Assembly (NCBI GenBank): GCA_035084275.1
Contig: CM068742.1
Span: 39,556,001-39,620,000, forward strand
From: Hydrolagus colliei
Lineage: Eukaryota
Direction of reading: 5' to 3'
Length of the DNA stretch: 64,000 nt
Position numbers and translations under genes: made by a program
Notes under the pieces: generated by a model
Database searches by the model: none
Told to the model about the DNA's origin: nothing
What the model saw: the letters and a program-made list of their open reading frames with translations, nothing else
Shown here: piece by piece, positions 11,671 to 24,695 of the stretch
How positions within the stretch are numbered: the first letter of the stretch is position 1
Layout: every line of letters begins with the position of its first letter

Positions 11671-13824
11671 GCGGTGAGTAACTCTCATGATTAACATTGC
11701 GCATAAAATGAGTTTCAACTCCCATTAGCAGATTATGCTAAATGCGTCCCCTTTCCCCCCCGATAAACAGAGGATTGATTTCATTGGGCAGAAATCCTCA
11801 CGCAGATTGGGAAAGGGTTAACGCTCATGGCTTAAGCTCTGGCAAAGCTATCAGAGCACTCGGTTTAGCTAATGATTTATTAGAGAGAAAAGCCCATGGA
11901 TTTGTAAAATTATTGGTTATCCACTGCACAGACCTGACTGGACAGATCCAATGATTCATTGTATATCCACTGTAGAAAATGAGGCGCTGGAGAATCCAGT
12001 TTGAGGTCCCTTGGCCCTCTCTTTTTGCAATGCACTGAAAACCTTTCTTTACGATACACTTCACAGTGCAGCCTCAGGTTGTCTGACTTATACGCTTTCC
12101 ATTATGGCTCTTGGCTCCAGCTCTGATGGCAGCTTCCATCTTTCAAGCCACTGCTGGCTTTGACTCTGATGGTGGGAGGGTTAGGAAGGGGGCAGGGGGT
12201 GAAAAGCTGACATGCACATGACAGGAACTTGAATCAGACCTATTCTTCAAGAATTGTTTGGTTTGGATCAAATTAAACTCGGGAGGAAATGGTGAACAGC
12301 TCCGCTGGGAAGCGGGGACCATGTGGGATAAATTAGAAACTGCAGTGCTGGACTTGTTTGAAAGGGCTGAGTGGTATTATCAGAGAGTGGCAGTAGGCAC
12401 TTTTATCACGTCTGGCAGAAGAATAAACCCTCAGTATCCAAGTGTCACCTCTTCAAGGGGCTGCTCAACACCTTAAACTCCTCACAGAAAAGCAGCCTCC
12501 AGCAGGGTTTGAAAACTGACCCTGATGATATCATTTTTAGAAAAAAAAATCAGGGCCGTGTCGGATATATCACAAAGCTTTCAAAAAAAAAGGATAGAAT
12601 TGAAAATAAGTCATTTCTCAGTAGTTTTGAAGGTTCAGGAGCTTTCCGTTGCTTGTTGCTAGAGGTGACGGCATGATAGATTGAGCCAGAGTTCGCTTCA
12701 ATTGTACTTGAGCCCAGTGGTGCTGTGAATCACCTCACAGTTGTAGGTTCAGGTCACAACAATCTCCATTAATTTTTGACGGGGAGGGAAACAATAAATG
12801 AGCTGTTAAACATGCCATTTGTTGTGAGACGTAATACAGGCCCGTACCCTGTAGGAAAGGCTGCGCCTGGAAGAGGCTGTGGGAGTCCACATTGCCATTA
12901 GATCTAGCGTGTTTTCCCCTTGTGAGCCATTTCCATGGGGAGGAAGTGCCTTTCGCTGGAAAGTGCAGTGGCAGCTCAGACAGGCAGAGTCTTAACTGGG
13001 TTCTTTAGTTTCTTATCCAACGCCTTCTCGCCTTGTCCCAGGAGCATACCTTGCCCTCCTTGGGGAAATGATTAACCATTACATTCCCCAGAGCCCTCTC
13101 AACCCACACCCAGTGTCATATCTACAAGGAAAAACAAGCTAACGAGAGGTGGCTGGTGTTGAGAAAGACAGCAGCTGGAGAGGAGGGAGATAGGGGCAGC
13201 TCTGCTGTTTGCAGTCTGAACTATTTCAAGCCAGGCTTCCCCTGAGAAGATTGCTACTCACAATAGTTGAGGCTGTACCTAATTTTGCACCCATTTACGA
13301 TTTTAACAGATAATTTATTTTTCTTCAAACATGGAGTGACAGAACTGACAGGCTCTGTCTAGAGGTTCACACCTAGGTCAGTGTAAAAGTGACTGAGAGG
13401 CAGAGGACTGAGGGGAGAGGGAATCGATTGATTGATCTGGCTAGCTGTTTGTCTGTCTGTCTCTCTCCAGGAATGTGTAAATACATATCAATATAAAGGA
13501 CTTTGCAGGTGTTATTGTCCTCGTCTGAAGCTCATTACTCTTATGAGCACCTCCGGTTTGAATAAGTTTTCAATGGAGAAATGGAGAACCGCATATCTTT
13601 TGCATTTCTTTTGAGCTGTGACCCAGGTCTCAACTAACAGTGTGTTGTGCAATGTCAGGCCAAGCTTTCTTGTCCTCCACCAACAAAGTCAAAGTGGTCT
13701 ATGCACCACCACTGAACAGCTTTGTAGAGAAATAACCCTGTGACTGCACTGTTTTGCAAGGGTGAAAAACGGAAGGGATTCGGATTGTGAACATTGCTTA
13801 AGAAAGCCTTATTAAGGCAACCTG

Positions 13825-13975
13825 AGCATCCTCTTCGACTGTGTCTTTCGTCGCCCTCCTATCCTCACCATCCCTAACTCCACCTTTCTTGATTCTAACT
13901 CCTTGACTGTGCAGCGCCTTAGGACATCCTCCTGACAGAAATGGTGTTATACAAATGTAATTTGTTGTTGTTGTT
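13825..13975 (+). mobile_element. L2 3' UTR fragment
   Basis: Pyrimidine-rich UTR, then GCAGCGCCTTAGGACATCCTCCTGAC...AAATGTAATTTG(TTG)n, homologous to 62360-62519. Confidence 0.8.
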
Positions 13976-15924
13976 AAGCAACATTTTTAGAGGATGCTAA
14001 AATTAATATTTCCAATTTTAAAAAATGATCCCTCAGGCAGACCAATAATTATTGCTAGACTATTGTTATTGTTTCAATTAGTTTTTATTTTTCCCCTATT
14101 CCCTCACTAATGTCTCCCAATCCTCTGCCACACACTAAATCTACACATAGCTTGCTGCCTGCCTGGCTTCTGATAGTGTTGTTGTATAACCAGCCCTACT
14201 TTTATTGCTCTTGTTATTAACAAACTTTATCCAAGGGCCCCAAACGCAGTGAGGTCGAAAGCAACAAGAGAGAAAATAATATAAATTGAGAAGTAATGCT
14301 TTGATTTTAAAAGCCTGCAGATTGCAGGAGGTCGATGAGGCTGAGGGAAGGAAGGAAGGAATGAGTTCACAGACTTCAAGTTCTGGGAAATAAAAAGTTG
14401 GATGAAGAGCTGAGGAACTGTAAGAGTGGCAGGGGAGGAGAAGGATAGACTATAAGAGCATGGTTGTCAGTGACAGACAGAGGGTGTGGATGGGAAAGAG
14501 AGAAGGAATCATGTGAGAACAAACTGCTGTCCAATTTTCCGACACATTGGAAGAAGAGCAGCTGGGCTGTGCATAGTTAGTTTGTGTTGGAAGTCACCGA
14601 TGAAGTGGCCCCACATTACGTGTTGCTTGTTGAGTACTCTCTCGGATTCTCATGCCTCTTACCAAAAACTAAATCCCTTTCCATAACTCCAGTACCACGA
14701 GTAGCCAGTTTAACCTTATCTAAAGGAAACTATGATCATGTCTGCGATGTCTCTTTGTGTTGTGTGCCCCCAAGACACTCTGCAGCGTGGCAGGGTGTCT
14801 GATAAAAATGGCTGTAATTTTCCAGCCAGCATTCAAAATCCTGCTGCTCCAGCTATTGTATCTCCCAGTCAGGCCCCATTGGGAAGCATTCATTTTTTCT
14901 GCCAAGTCAAATTTTTGTGTGAGTTGCATGTATTGTTTTCCCCTCTATTGTCTGTGCTCAGCAGTCCAAACTGTTCAACACTGAGAAAGATTTGGCGGCA
15001 TGTACCACCCTTCAATGTCCTGTTTTAAAATTCAGCAGATAACATTCTTGCATCTCCAGGCTGCTATTTTGCTACAGCCAGGGATGTTTTCAGCATGACA
15101 TGTGGTCTTTATTTCCCTGTTAGTTATTCCCTTTCTGCATTGCGTGATATATGCTTTCATAATTTGCATCTCATTTTCAAGAAAATACTCCATATAAAAC
15201 CTCCTTCCCGCACTTTGTTACAATGATTTCCTGGATCTGTTTCACTATTACTCTTTCCTTTTTTCTGACCTAATTTCACTTTCTTGGTCTGGTCTGGTCA
15301 TTGCTGCTTTCTCCCTCTGCCATCAGTAGTTCAGGCAATCAGGCGTGAATTAACTATTTTAGCTCTGTAATTCTCTTTGATCAGTCTAAGGGTTTGGAAA
15401 TGGACTTTGTGCCTGGCAGTTGGGAGCATTGCTGATCTGTTAATTCTTGGAAGCTTTGCTCAAAATGCTGCCTTGTCCAAATCTGAATACCACAAGATCA
15501 CAGGAAGCTATCTTTGGCTCAGCTCGTCCCATCCTTCCAGAATGCCCACCCTACCATCTACCCAGCACAGCATCAAACAATTTTTTTTTAAGTGAGACCA
15601 ACATCCTGGCCTCAATTACCCTTCCTGACAACAGCGAAGGGCAGGAAGTTTGAAATAAGAATAAAAAGGAACAAAAACTAATGAATTTTTGGCAGAAGTT
15701 GGTTTCCTAAAGGACCTTCTGGTGAATGGTTACCGATGTTATCAGTTATAATAAAAGAGTTTGACAGGCCCTGATTGCTAAAAATTGCCAATCCTATTAT
15801 GAAGTTGCAAGGAGTAGATTGCTACATTCAGACTATGGTAGACCCTATTGTTCTTACACCTGATGCCTCAGGTGATGAAAGAGATGCCAATTGTGATAGC
15901 CTTACAGGCATGCACAATTCCAAA

Positions 15925-16130
15925 TCAGATTTCTGACCACTGCCAAGTTAGCTGATCTCAGCCAGGGTGCTCACAGAGTGCTACAATTGACGTGAATGGA
16001 CCTTTTTTGGGGAGGGTTATCACCCAGAATTCTCACTCCTGGTTATATCAATGATCTTTGCTGGAAAGTGAGCATGCACGGCTGACGGGGATTGAGCTAG
16101 GACACTGAGGATTATTGTTGGGCTCACCTC
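15925..16130 (+). mobile_element. Ancient SINE-like relic (family A)
   Basis: AAGTTAGCTGATCTCAGCCAGGG...GCTACAATT...GCTGGAAAGTG matches the reverse complements of segments at 24470-24695 and 37450-37767. Confidence 0.55.
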
Positions 16131-16857
16131 AGGAATGTTTTTTGGTGAGGTGAGGGGGTTGGTGGGGTTACCCGGGGAAACACACCCGATCACCGGTTCA
16201 ACCTTTCAGGAAAGGAGGGAAAGAGAGGAGAATGGGATTAAATTATAGCTTCCTTAGATATGGGTACAATGGGCTGCGTTTCAGATGGTAACGGCTGGAA
16301 TTATACAGCAGTATAGTCAGCCTCCATTCAACCCAGCAGCTTGTGGCAAACAAATGGCATCCGTTTCTGTGATCTGGCTGTGCATTGAGACCTCAGGCAG
16401 GAGCCCAACGCTCCTCAGCACTCTTCATAGTTTCTCTTGCTCAGTTTCTATAAGCCTAGACTTTCTGTTCATTGCTACTGTATGAGATAGTCGTATACTT
16501 TCTTCTGCAAGAAAACTCCAGATATGATAAAGTAAGCAAAGTGGCCTAAGGCAGCGATAGCTAACAAGAGGCTCGATTTACACTGTGCTGGTTGCATACA
16601 GGTGAGTCACATGCTTCTGATTGAGGTTCCAGTGACAAGGGAATCTTCCCAGTTCTCAATTGAAGCCAGAGGCACCTTAATCCGCCTTCTCCCCACTCCA
16701 AACAACAACAGAGGTATTGTTCTACCTGCTGGGAATCTAATCATATTATTGTACAATGTCATAACACAGAAACAAGTCACTCAATCCATCAAATATGTGT
16801 TTTACTTTTCTCCACAAACTATCCCAGTTTTTTTTTCTATTTTCTGCATACAAAAAT

Positions 16858-17020
16858 AAAAATAATATTCCTTACATTTGTATAATACCTTTCACATCAG
16901 GAGGATATCTCAAAGCACTTCATATGATGTATTATAAAGGGAAGTGACAATTTCACACAATCTCAGTGTCTCACAAAGAGCCATGACGTGAGTAAACAAT
17001 TTTATCTGGGGGTTTGTTGG
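16858..17020 (-). mobile_element. SINE 3' fragment
   Basis: TAATATTCCTTACATTTGTATAATACCTTTCACATCAGGAGGATATCTCAAAGCACTTCA is the reverse complement of the tail. Confidence 0.65.
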
Positions 17021-17289
17021 CTAGGGCATTAAATAGTGACATGTAGTCATTAACATTGTCAGATGCCTTGGAAGGAGTTGGGTGCCCATTCATGTTACCT
17101 CAGGATTCTTCCAACATTATTCGTGACAACCCTGTGAGCCAACATCCACGGATAGCTATTTAGTCAAAGGGATATAAGGGATGGAGATGCCAGGAAGGAT
17201 GATTGAAGCTTGGACACTGGACTCATTTAAAAAATAGCCTTGGTGCTGTGATGGGAGGATGATAGAGTGGGTAATCCAGAAAAAAAGCA

Positions 17290-17460
17290 AGAATAAATTG
17301 GTCATTTCATTTCAAAGACTGTTCGTGGAGCTCTGCTGTGCACAATTGGTTGCTGTGTTTCGTCCCCAAACGATACACTTTACAGTATATTCTGTGAAAT
17401 ACTTTGAGATGCCTAGAAGATGTAAAAAGCATTATATCAAATGTAAGAATTATTACTATT
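17290..17460 (+). mobile_element. 5'-truncated SINE
   Basis: AATAAATTGGTCATTTCA...CACAATTGGTTGCTG...CACTTTACAGTATATTCTGTGAA...ATTACTATT. Confidence 0.8.
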
Positions 17461-19651
17461 AAACCTCTTTTCTGATCTTGTGAGTGGAAAGAAGCCTTGT
17501 ATTTGTAAATTGCAAATGTTTAGCAGGTCAAACATATCTCAAGAATTCTGAGAAGGAGAAGAACTGAAAATACTTCAAAAAGTGGGTGGAAAAAAAATGT
17601 TTATAATACATGGTCTGAGTAGATTTTTTTTATTCCTAGCAAAGCAAACAGCTGTCAATCACAGTGAGAGACTAATTCTGCCGAGGCATTTCAATTAGGT
17701 ATTTGAAGAGATTAAAAACGGCACAGTTTTTCATGTGAAACGTTCCCAGATTGATCTCTTCAAACATGCACTATTGAGGGGTGCATGCAGATGCCTGCAG
17801 TCTGGAGCTATGCTGGATTCTGTAGAGGAGCCATTCTGTTTTGCGTCTTGAAGAGACCGTCGCTTTCAATATTGTTGGGAGCAATTGTCTGATCAGCAGT
17901 TCATTTGAATTGAATTAGGAGTTTCTTTCTGTGGATCAATGGCATTTCTCATCAGAAACTGCTTAAAATGACCACCTGCCCTCGCTGGACAAAGACTGGA
18001 ATTCCCAGCCCACTGTTTGCTTCCTATAAACATATTGGTTGACAAGGCGTTAATTGTGTTAACTTGTGATTGCTTTTGAGAGCCTATGACGTGTAGTAAG
18101 AAAGTTTGGTGGTGGGGGCGGGGGGAAACAGATGAAAAATTAAACTGATTTATATTCTGTTTCTAAACTTTAAAAAGGTACATGAAAACACACTTCATTT
18201 GGCTCTTGGAACACTTCCCTGGTTAAAATATTGAGAATGTCCAAATCAAACAAGTACTAAATGTCTGGCTGTAAGGAATCATTTTGGATAAGAATCCTTT
18301 CACCCTCTTGCGGGATTAATGGCAATCACCAATGCAAACAATAAACAAGACTGGAATAGAATGGCTCTGACCAGCCTTTGAAATGAAACAAGCAACTGTC
18401 TGTAACAAATTAGAAAAGAGCAAAGGGCAGCTCATAGATCCAGAAAGACGTTAATGGGTAAAATATCCTACCTTGGATGTTTTTGGCATAGTTTAGCCAG
18501 AAGCTGAGCAAAGGGAGAATTAAAGACTTGTTTCCTTCCTGCTCACTCTCTCTGACTTTGCCTCTCTTCCCCTCTCTCATTCTTCCTCTCACTCTCTCCC
18601 CCCACTCCCCCCGTCTCTATCGTTGTCCCTATTTCTGGGTTCAATGTTTTTTTTCTATTGCTCTGTGAACTTTTCTTCATCACTGTAGCTTTTCCATTCT
18701 CCTGCACAGCTCAGTCCATCTGGGGTTCATGCCAGTGTTTAGCTCACTCAGACACAGCAGGAATGGAGTCAAGTAGATGGTATTCTTTTGCTAATATTTA
18801 TTTGGGGTGAGAGCTCCAAATGACTGGGCAACTTGGAAAGTGAGAGCGATCAACAAAAGAATCATCCACAAAACAGTTTGAACTGAAGAATCTCTGGATT
18901 ACAAAAGAGAGTGGAGGAGGGAAGACAGGAGAGAGATATAGGAGGATTCAGAATAGAGGGAGCATCTCAATGATAAACAGAGAATGTTCGTGCTCTGGAT
19001 ACTGGTCAGGGCACGTCGGTGTGGTTCATTCGGCCCTTGGACCAACTTCTAAATAATTAAGATATCCTTCTGTTGCCTTGATGCACATCACTGGTGTAAA
19101 TTTTCATCCCGATCTTTTTTTAGGACTATCTTGGCTGAGCAGCTAAGGAAAAAGCTCATTGCGAGTGCTCCCTTTCCCCTAACACATGCTGCATTGTCTG
19201 GCTGAAGTGGTTGTCTGGCTTTCATTTGGCTTTCTTTTCCTTGGCGGTTGCCTGCTGCTCTTTGGCACCGTAGATCCTGCTGCTGCTGGCCTGGTGACTG
19301 GGAGCCAATTTATCTCCCAGCAAGTTGTTTATTTTCTGAATATGCGGAGAGGAATCCCTGTAAATGAGTATGTGCTACTTTTCACTTATTTCCCAGCCAG
19401 CAGGTGGCCAGAAACAATTTTGACTGAACTGGCTTTGCATCTAATTCTGGATGAGGCCTAATCCGTCTTCGCCTCCTGTCAGTCCTCCTTGAGAATGGCT
19501 TCATACCCTGTTTATTCTGAGCCTGGGTGGGACCAGTGAACTGTGCCTCTTGCGTTTCCACCGCAGGTTCTGGATACTTGGGTCAGTTGCACCAGCTCAT
19601 CTACCCAGTTACTAATTTAGCACCATGCTTACCAACTGCATCAGAATGTCA

Positions 19652-19716
19652 TAACAACAACAACAACAACAACTTAAATTTATAAAGCGCCTTTCACGTC
19701 GGGAGGACGTCCCAGG
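19652..19716 (-). mobile_element. L2 3' tail
   Basis: (AAC)n followed by AAAGCGCCTTTCACGTCGGGAGGACGTCCCAGG. Confidence 0.8.
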
Positions 19717-20504
19717 TGGTGTCATGGGCAGGACCCAAGCTGGGTGCCACTCGGATGCAGGCTACTTGCTCCAGTCTTGACCAGATTTTAGGTGTGTGTA
19801 AATGCACTGAAGCTGGAACCAGCTTTGCTCCAGTTTTGAACATGTTTAGATGTTAGTACACTTACTTATACAGAGCCAGACGCAGAATATTTGCTGCTGT
19901 CTTGAACGGGTTTATATGTACGAACTACATATAACTGCTGGAACAGGATTCTGGCCGTTTTACAGTCGAAGCCAAGTGTTTCTTATACAGTAGTTTTCTT
20001 AGAATCCTGGCCTAGTGGTGACCTCAGAATACTGCACAGAGCAAACCGAGACATTACATCAGTGACCCCGTGACATTGCTGTGGGAACTAATGGTCTCTG
20101 GTGCAAAGCTTGGGGAAACCATTCTGTTTTAGTTACTCAACTAACAGACCCCTCACTGGGACAGTGGCCAGAGCACCACTAAATGAACGCAAGTAACATA
20201 AATAAATGATATCTGGGCCGAGATGGGCTGGATTTATATACATATATATATGTTCAGAGAGGGAGATTCAAAACTTCAACAAGAAAGTGCTGGAGTAATC
20301 TTGCAATCAGTGTTACAATGCGATCATGAATCCAGCACAGGCGGATGGGACCAAAGTTTCCGCCCTTTGCTAACTTTTAAGGGACAGGCATGCCATGAGG
20401 TTAGGCATCTTGAGTCCAGTTTTCTTGTGAGTCTCAATTGACCCACAGCACATGATAGGGTGAAAAATGTAACTCTTCACAATAGTGGCGATTGTCACAT
20501 CAAG

Positions 20505-20570
20505 TCTGTTGGGGCGCCTTGGGATGTCCTCCAGATGTGAAAAGCACTATACACATGCCATTTTGTTGTT
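20505..20570 (+). mobile_element. L2 3' tail
   Basis: GGCGCCTTGGGATGTCCTCCAGATGTGAAAAGCACTATAC...TTTTGTTGTT. Confidence 0.7.
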
Positions 20571-20948
20571 ATGATACTCAGCATTTTTCCCACGCTGTAC
20601 CTATTGCAGACTTGGTGCATACAAATGGTAATAAATTGGCAACTTTACTGGTAGGTAAAACGAGAGAAACCTAAAGTACAGGACACTGCCAAGGATGATA
20701 AAGAGTAAGGAGAGAGGTTGCGAATCGTGGGGAAAGTAGTGCTTAGGAGACACCAGGTTCGGACTTTAAAATCTCTTCTAATTTGTGGTAAAGGGAAGGA
20801 TAAGGAGTAGCACAGTTTGAGGTGTTGGAAAGAATGAACTGGAATTGGACAAATATTGATTTCAAAGCAGTGAAGGTGAGGGAGGAAAAAGAGGATGCAA
20901 GAAAAAAGCAGATACACATTTAAAACTGCACTAGAGTTAATACAAATA

Positions 20949-21669
20949 TAGTAGAAGCCCATTTATTCGGCACCCACGGGACCTGGCCAATGCCGGTTAA
21001 AGCGCCTGCCGAATATTCGGGCGGCCCACGGCCGAAAACCCACTACAAAAAAATTAAAGTTCTTTTAACACACCATACACACCAGACTAAGTAATAACAG
21101 ATAATAACAGAATATTATATTGGTAATTATTGTTAAAACTACTCTCTTGAGCTTCTCACCTTTACTGATTGAGGTTTACAGTCCAGCGATTCTTTTTTAA
21201 ATGGAGCCAAGCGGGTGAAAAAAACGCCAGCGCGATTTTACAGTCACGCATCTACTAGCTGCAAGCCAATAGCCCTAGACTCCACTAGCGGCAAACCAAA
21301 ATATTGCACCTGCGCGACAATGTGGGTTATTGGCTAGCGTTATCGGCTTGCCGCTAGTATGACTTTAAAGTCATATGCGCTCCGTTTTTTTCACCCGCTT
21401 CATTTTAAAAAGAATCACTGGATTATAAACCTCAACCGCAGCATCATGGCTTCAAGCACAGCATCTACCAGCAAAGGTAAAAAGCGCAAGAGAGTAGTTT
21501 TAACAATAAGTACCATAATACAATATTATGTTATTATTTATGCATTTACAAACGCTCCACTACCATTGTTCTGGATAAGTTCCGGTTTATCGAATGGGGA
21601 CTTTTTTTTGGTGTGCCGGTTATAAGGAAGTGCCGGTGCATCGAGTCACGGATAAACGGGCTTCTACTG
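20949..21669. mobile_element. Non-autonomous pogo/Tigger-type DNA transposon with internal fold-back
   Basis: TIRs TAGTAGAAGCCCATTTATTCG and CGGATAAACGGGCTTCTACTG, TA on both sides (20947-48, 21670-71), subterminal TGCCGG repeats, CpG-rich, with a transposase N-terminal remnant. Confidence 0.9.
21446..21511 (+). pseudogene. Remnant N-terminus of a Tigger/CENP-B-like transposase
   Basis: MASSTASTSKGKKRKRVVLTIS resembles the KRKRVVLT start of pogo/Tigger/TIGD DNA-binding domains; similarity ends immediately afterwards. Confidence 0.65.
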
Positions 21670-24469
21670 TATTAATAAATGTTTGCATTTGGAGGTGTCT
21701 CAAAGAAACACTTTAGGTGTAGTGTAAAGTGTAGTGAGTGTGTATTTAGGAAAATGCAGCAGACAATTTGCACATAGCAGTGTTTTACAAACACCACAAA
21801 ACGAATGAACATTTTGTCTGGCTGATGTTGGCTGGGACACTGGGAGAAACTCCCTTCTCTAATTGTGATTTGACCAGTTCATTCTGTTGGAGAAGTTAGT
21901 ATGAGTGCAGGCTCATTGAACGATGGCCTCTCTCCTCCTTGTTATCATTTCTGTGATTTTATGACCTTAAACAGAAGAAGTCACATTCAGTGTAGGGATG
22001 TGTCAGACACTAACCCCAGTGCTCTGATCCTCAGCCCCAATCTTGCTTACTAATGTACTGCTACCATTATTGCAATATGCATGCAGTGACCAAGGTCGCT
22101 AACATGCTGTAATAATCTCCCTGCCTTACTTAAGCACATCAGTGCACAGGCAATTCCATTTGGACCTGGTCCCTGGCAAACACACAGTCTTGACATGAGT
22201 CCCAGCTCTGAAACAAAGGCGTTTTTTTTAAAGCTTTGTAGTTGTTAAAAATCAGTGACTTGACCCAAGATTATTTTCAGATACTTGGCTGAATCTTTGA
22301 AAGAAACATACCTGTGAGCGGCTGCAGGTCAGAATGTAATGCTTTCCATTTTGCCTTGCCAGGGCTGGATTGAAGTGACCTTTCATCAGCTTTGGCACAC
22401 CTGTTAATGCTAGTCTCAAGATTTAATGCTTTTAACAGTAATTCTTAGGAATGGCAAAGTTCCGCAGAACACAGAACACTTTGCCGGTCGGTGCTTGACA
22501 TTTTATTTTTTACGTTACAAAAAAAGTAGAATAGAAACAAAGAAGCACTTCCAATTGCGTTTGATGTGTTGCGTGTGCGTGTTTAAGGTATGTACCATGA
22601 GAGGAAATGGAAGGAGACCGATACAAGGAGATAGATAGCTTTCCTCTGGAATCAGTTGCCATAGCAATGCAAACAAAGCAAATGATGAGGTAATAACTTG
22701 TGATCGGGAGGTGGGAAAATGCGTGGACTCTTAATGGTGACTTTTCACCAGGCAGAGAGCGGCCGGTGCCCTCCATTTTTTTTTCTTTTTCTCGCTTCTA
22801 ATCTGATTATTCAGTTTATGACTTTGGGAAAAGTGGGAAATGCGCTCACACAGCATGCGTTCACCTTTTGGACCTCTTTGATTAGCCACCCATGTCTTTA
22901 CATTACCATTTCCTTTTCTGAGAGGATTTACGAGTGAGTTCTCAAGCTATTCTCTTTCAGGTACATTTGGGGGATTATTGCAAAATAGTTTCACACCTTT
23001 CGTTTGGGGGCAGAGAAAGGGGGATCGGGGAACAATTTCCTTATAACTTCCAGGAAAGCATTGAATTGAATTCTGTCGTTGCCCTTTCACTTTGAGATTA
23101 ACTTTTTTGTTGTTTTTTTTAAGAGGCCTTTGTGAAGGATAGACTTTAAGAGGCATTTTGTGAAGCTGGCTTTTGTGTGCGTTGCCCAGTCACTGGGATC
23201 ACTTTTTCACCAGCTTTGCTGGAGGAGAAGAAAAAAAAGCCTCCCTCCTGCTAAAGGATGAAAGCTCGAGACTAATCTGCTTCTATCTGGAAAATTGGAG
23301 AGCCAGGGGTTGCAGTCATGAGGTCACATCCCTTATGTAAACTGTCAGATTCTTTTTACATTAATAACATATCACATAAATACCCTCGGTAGACTTGTCA
23401 GAACTGTTGCTAAGAATGCAAAGCCCCAAACAATCCACAAGCTCCCCATCAAAAATGATGGCTTCTATTGTAGGAGAATAAAATGTGTCTCTTCTGTCTA
23501 TATGGGACGTATTCTCTTTTGGGAACCAGCAGGAAGAGAGATACTGAGTTGATGCAACAAAGCCTTCTGACCACTGTGGCAAGAGGTGTCCATTGCATGA
23601 ACTCATACTTGTCTTTTGCCATTCTATTTATCCACTGATTCCTAAACGTTCCACTTTTCCCTCACTCTTTGAAGTCATTAGGTGGGAAACAAGAGAGGGA
23701 TTAAATCCCCTGGGGTTGTCGGTTCTGCATGAGGCAGATAGCATGCTCTCCAGTGTGACTGGACTTGGGGTATTTGCTCAGGAAGCCAGCCGTGGATGGC
23801 AGCTGGGCAATGATAAAGCAAGGGATTCCTGTCTGAATGCAGAAAGATCAAAGATCCACCGTCGGGGTCTGCACTCAATGTGCTCTTTAGATGGGACAGT
23901 TTGTCATGAGAGAGGATGGACTCGACTGAAATAACTTGCCTGCTCTTTTTTTTAAAAAGCGACTCTCAATTGATAATGGTGAGAATGTATTAGTAGCCGT
24001 GGTTATTGTCCCATGACATGGGGGTTGTCCATCAACTCTTCAGAGTGAGGCAAGTAGACGGATTCCAGAACAATATCTTATACTTAATTGTGCATCTGAT
24101 GAATAGATAGCCAAAGAAAGAGTAGGAAAAAATAAACTAGCTTCTTGTGTCAGTCACTGCATTTAGTCCTGTTTAGGCTGCGCTGCTTAGTGTTATAATT
24201 GCATTACCTCTATGTACAGCTTGCCCAGATTATACGCCTTATTGCTGGGGAAGCTGGAACAGCTGGGTTCCACATGCGATCCCACTCTAGTCTTCCCGGT
24301 GTCCTTTTGATCAGTGGTTTGTGTCTGCACCACTGTCGCACCTGTTAACTCTTCCACTGGCAAAAAAGTTTTTATCAGAATGAAACAGCAAATACTTGTT
24401 CATAATACTTCCTTAAATTATATAATTTTCCTGTTTATTGGCTGTTTTTTTGGCTGTTTATTGAATTCT

Positions 24470-24695
24470 CATTGCCAAGCCTGATTCTGTCCACACGCAC
24501 ACACTGGCCGAGGTCAGTGACTGGTGAGCAAGGCAGGAACCTGGCAGATTTTTTTCTTCCGCAAGCCTGTATAGTGCACCCCATGCCTCCTTGGGCTGAG
24601 ATCATCGAGTTCAGGGCAGACAAGAGAATTGAACTTGGGAATTTCCTTGGGTCTATAAGGCTCAGTTGCCCAATGCATTAATTTGCTGAGCTGAG
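24470..24695 (-). mobile_element. Ancient SINE-like relic (family A) including a Pol III-like head
   Basis: GGCTGAGATCATCGAGTTCAG matches 15945-15965 inverted; AATTGAACTTGGG is a reversed B-box-like motif; CCAAGCCTGAT is shared with 37583-37593. Confidence 0.55.
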
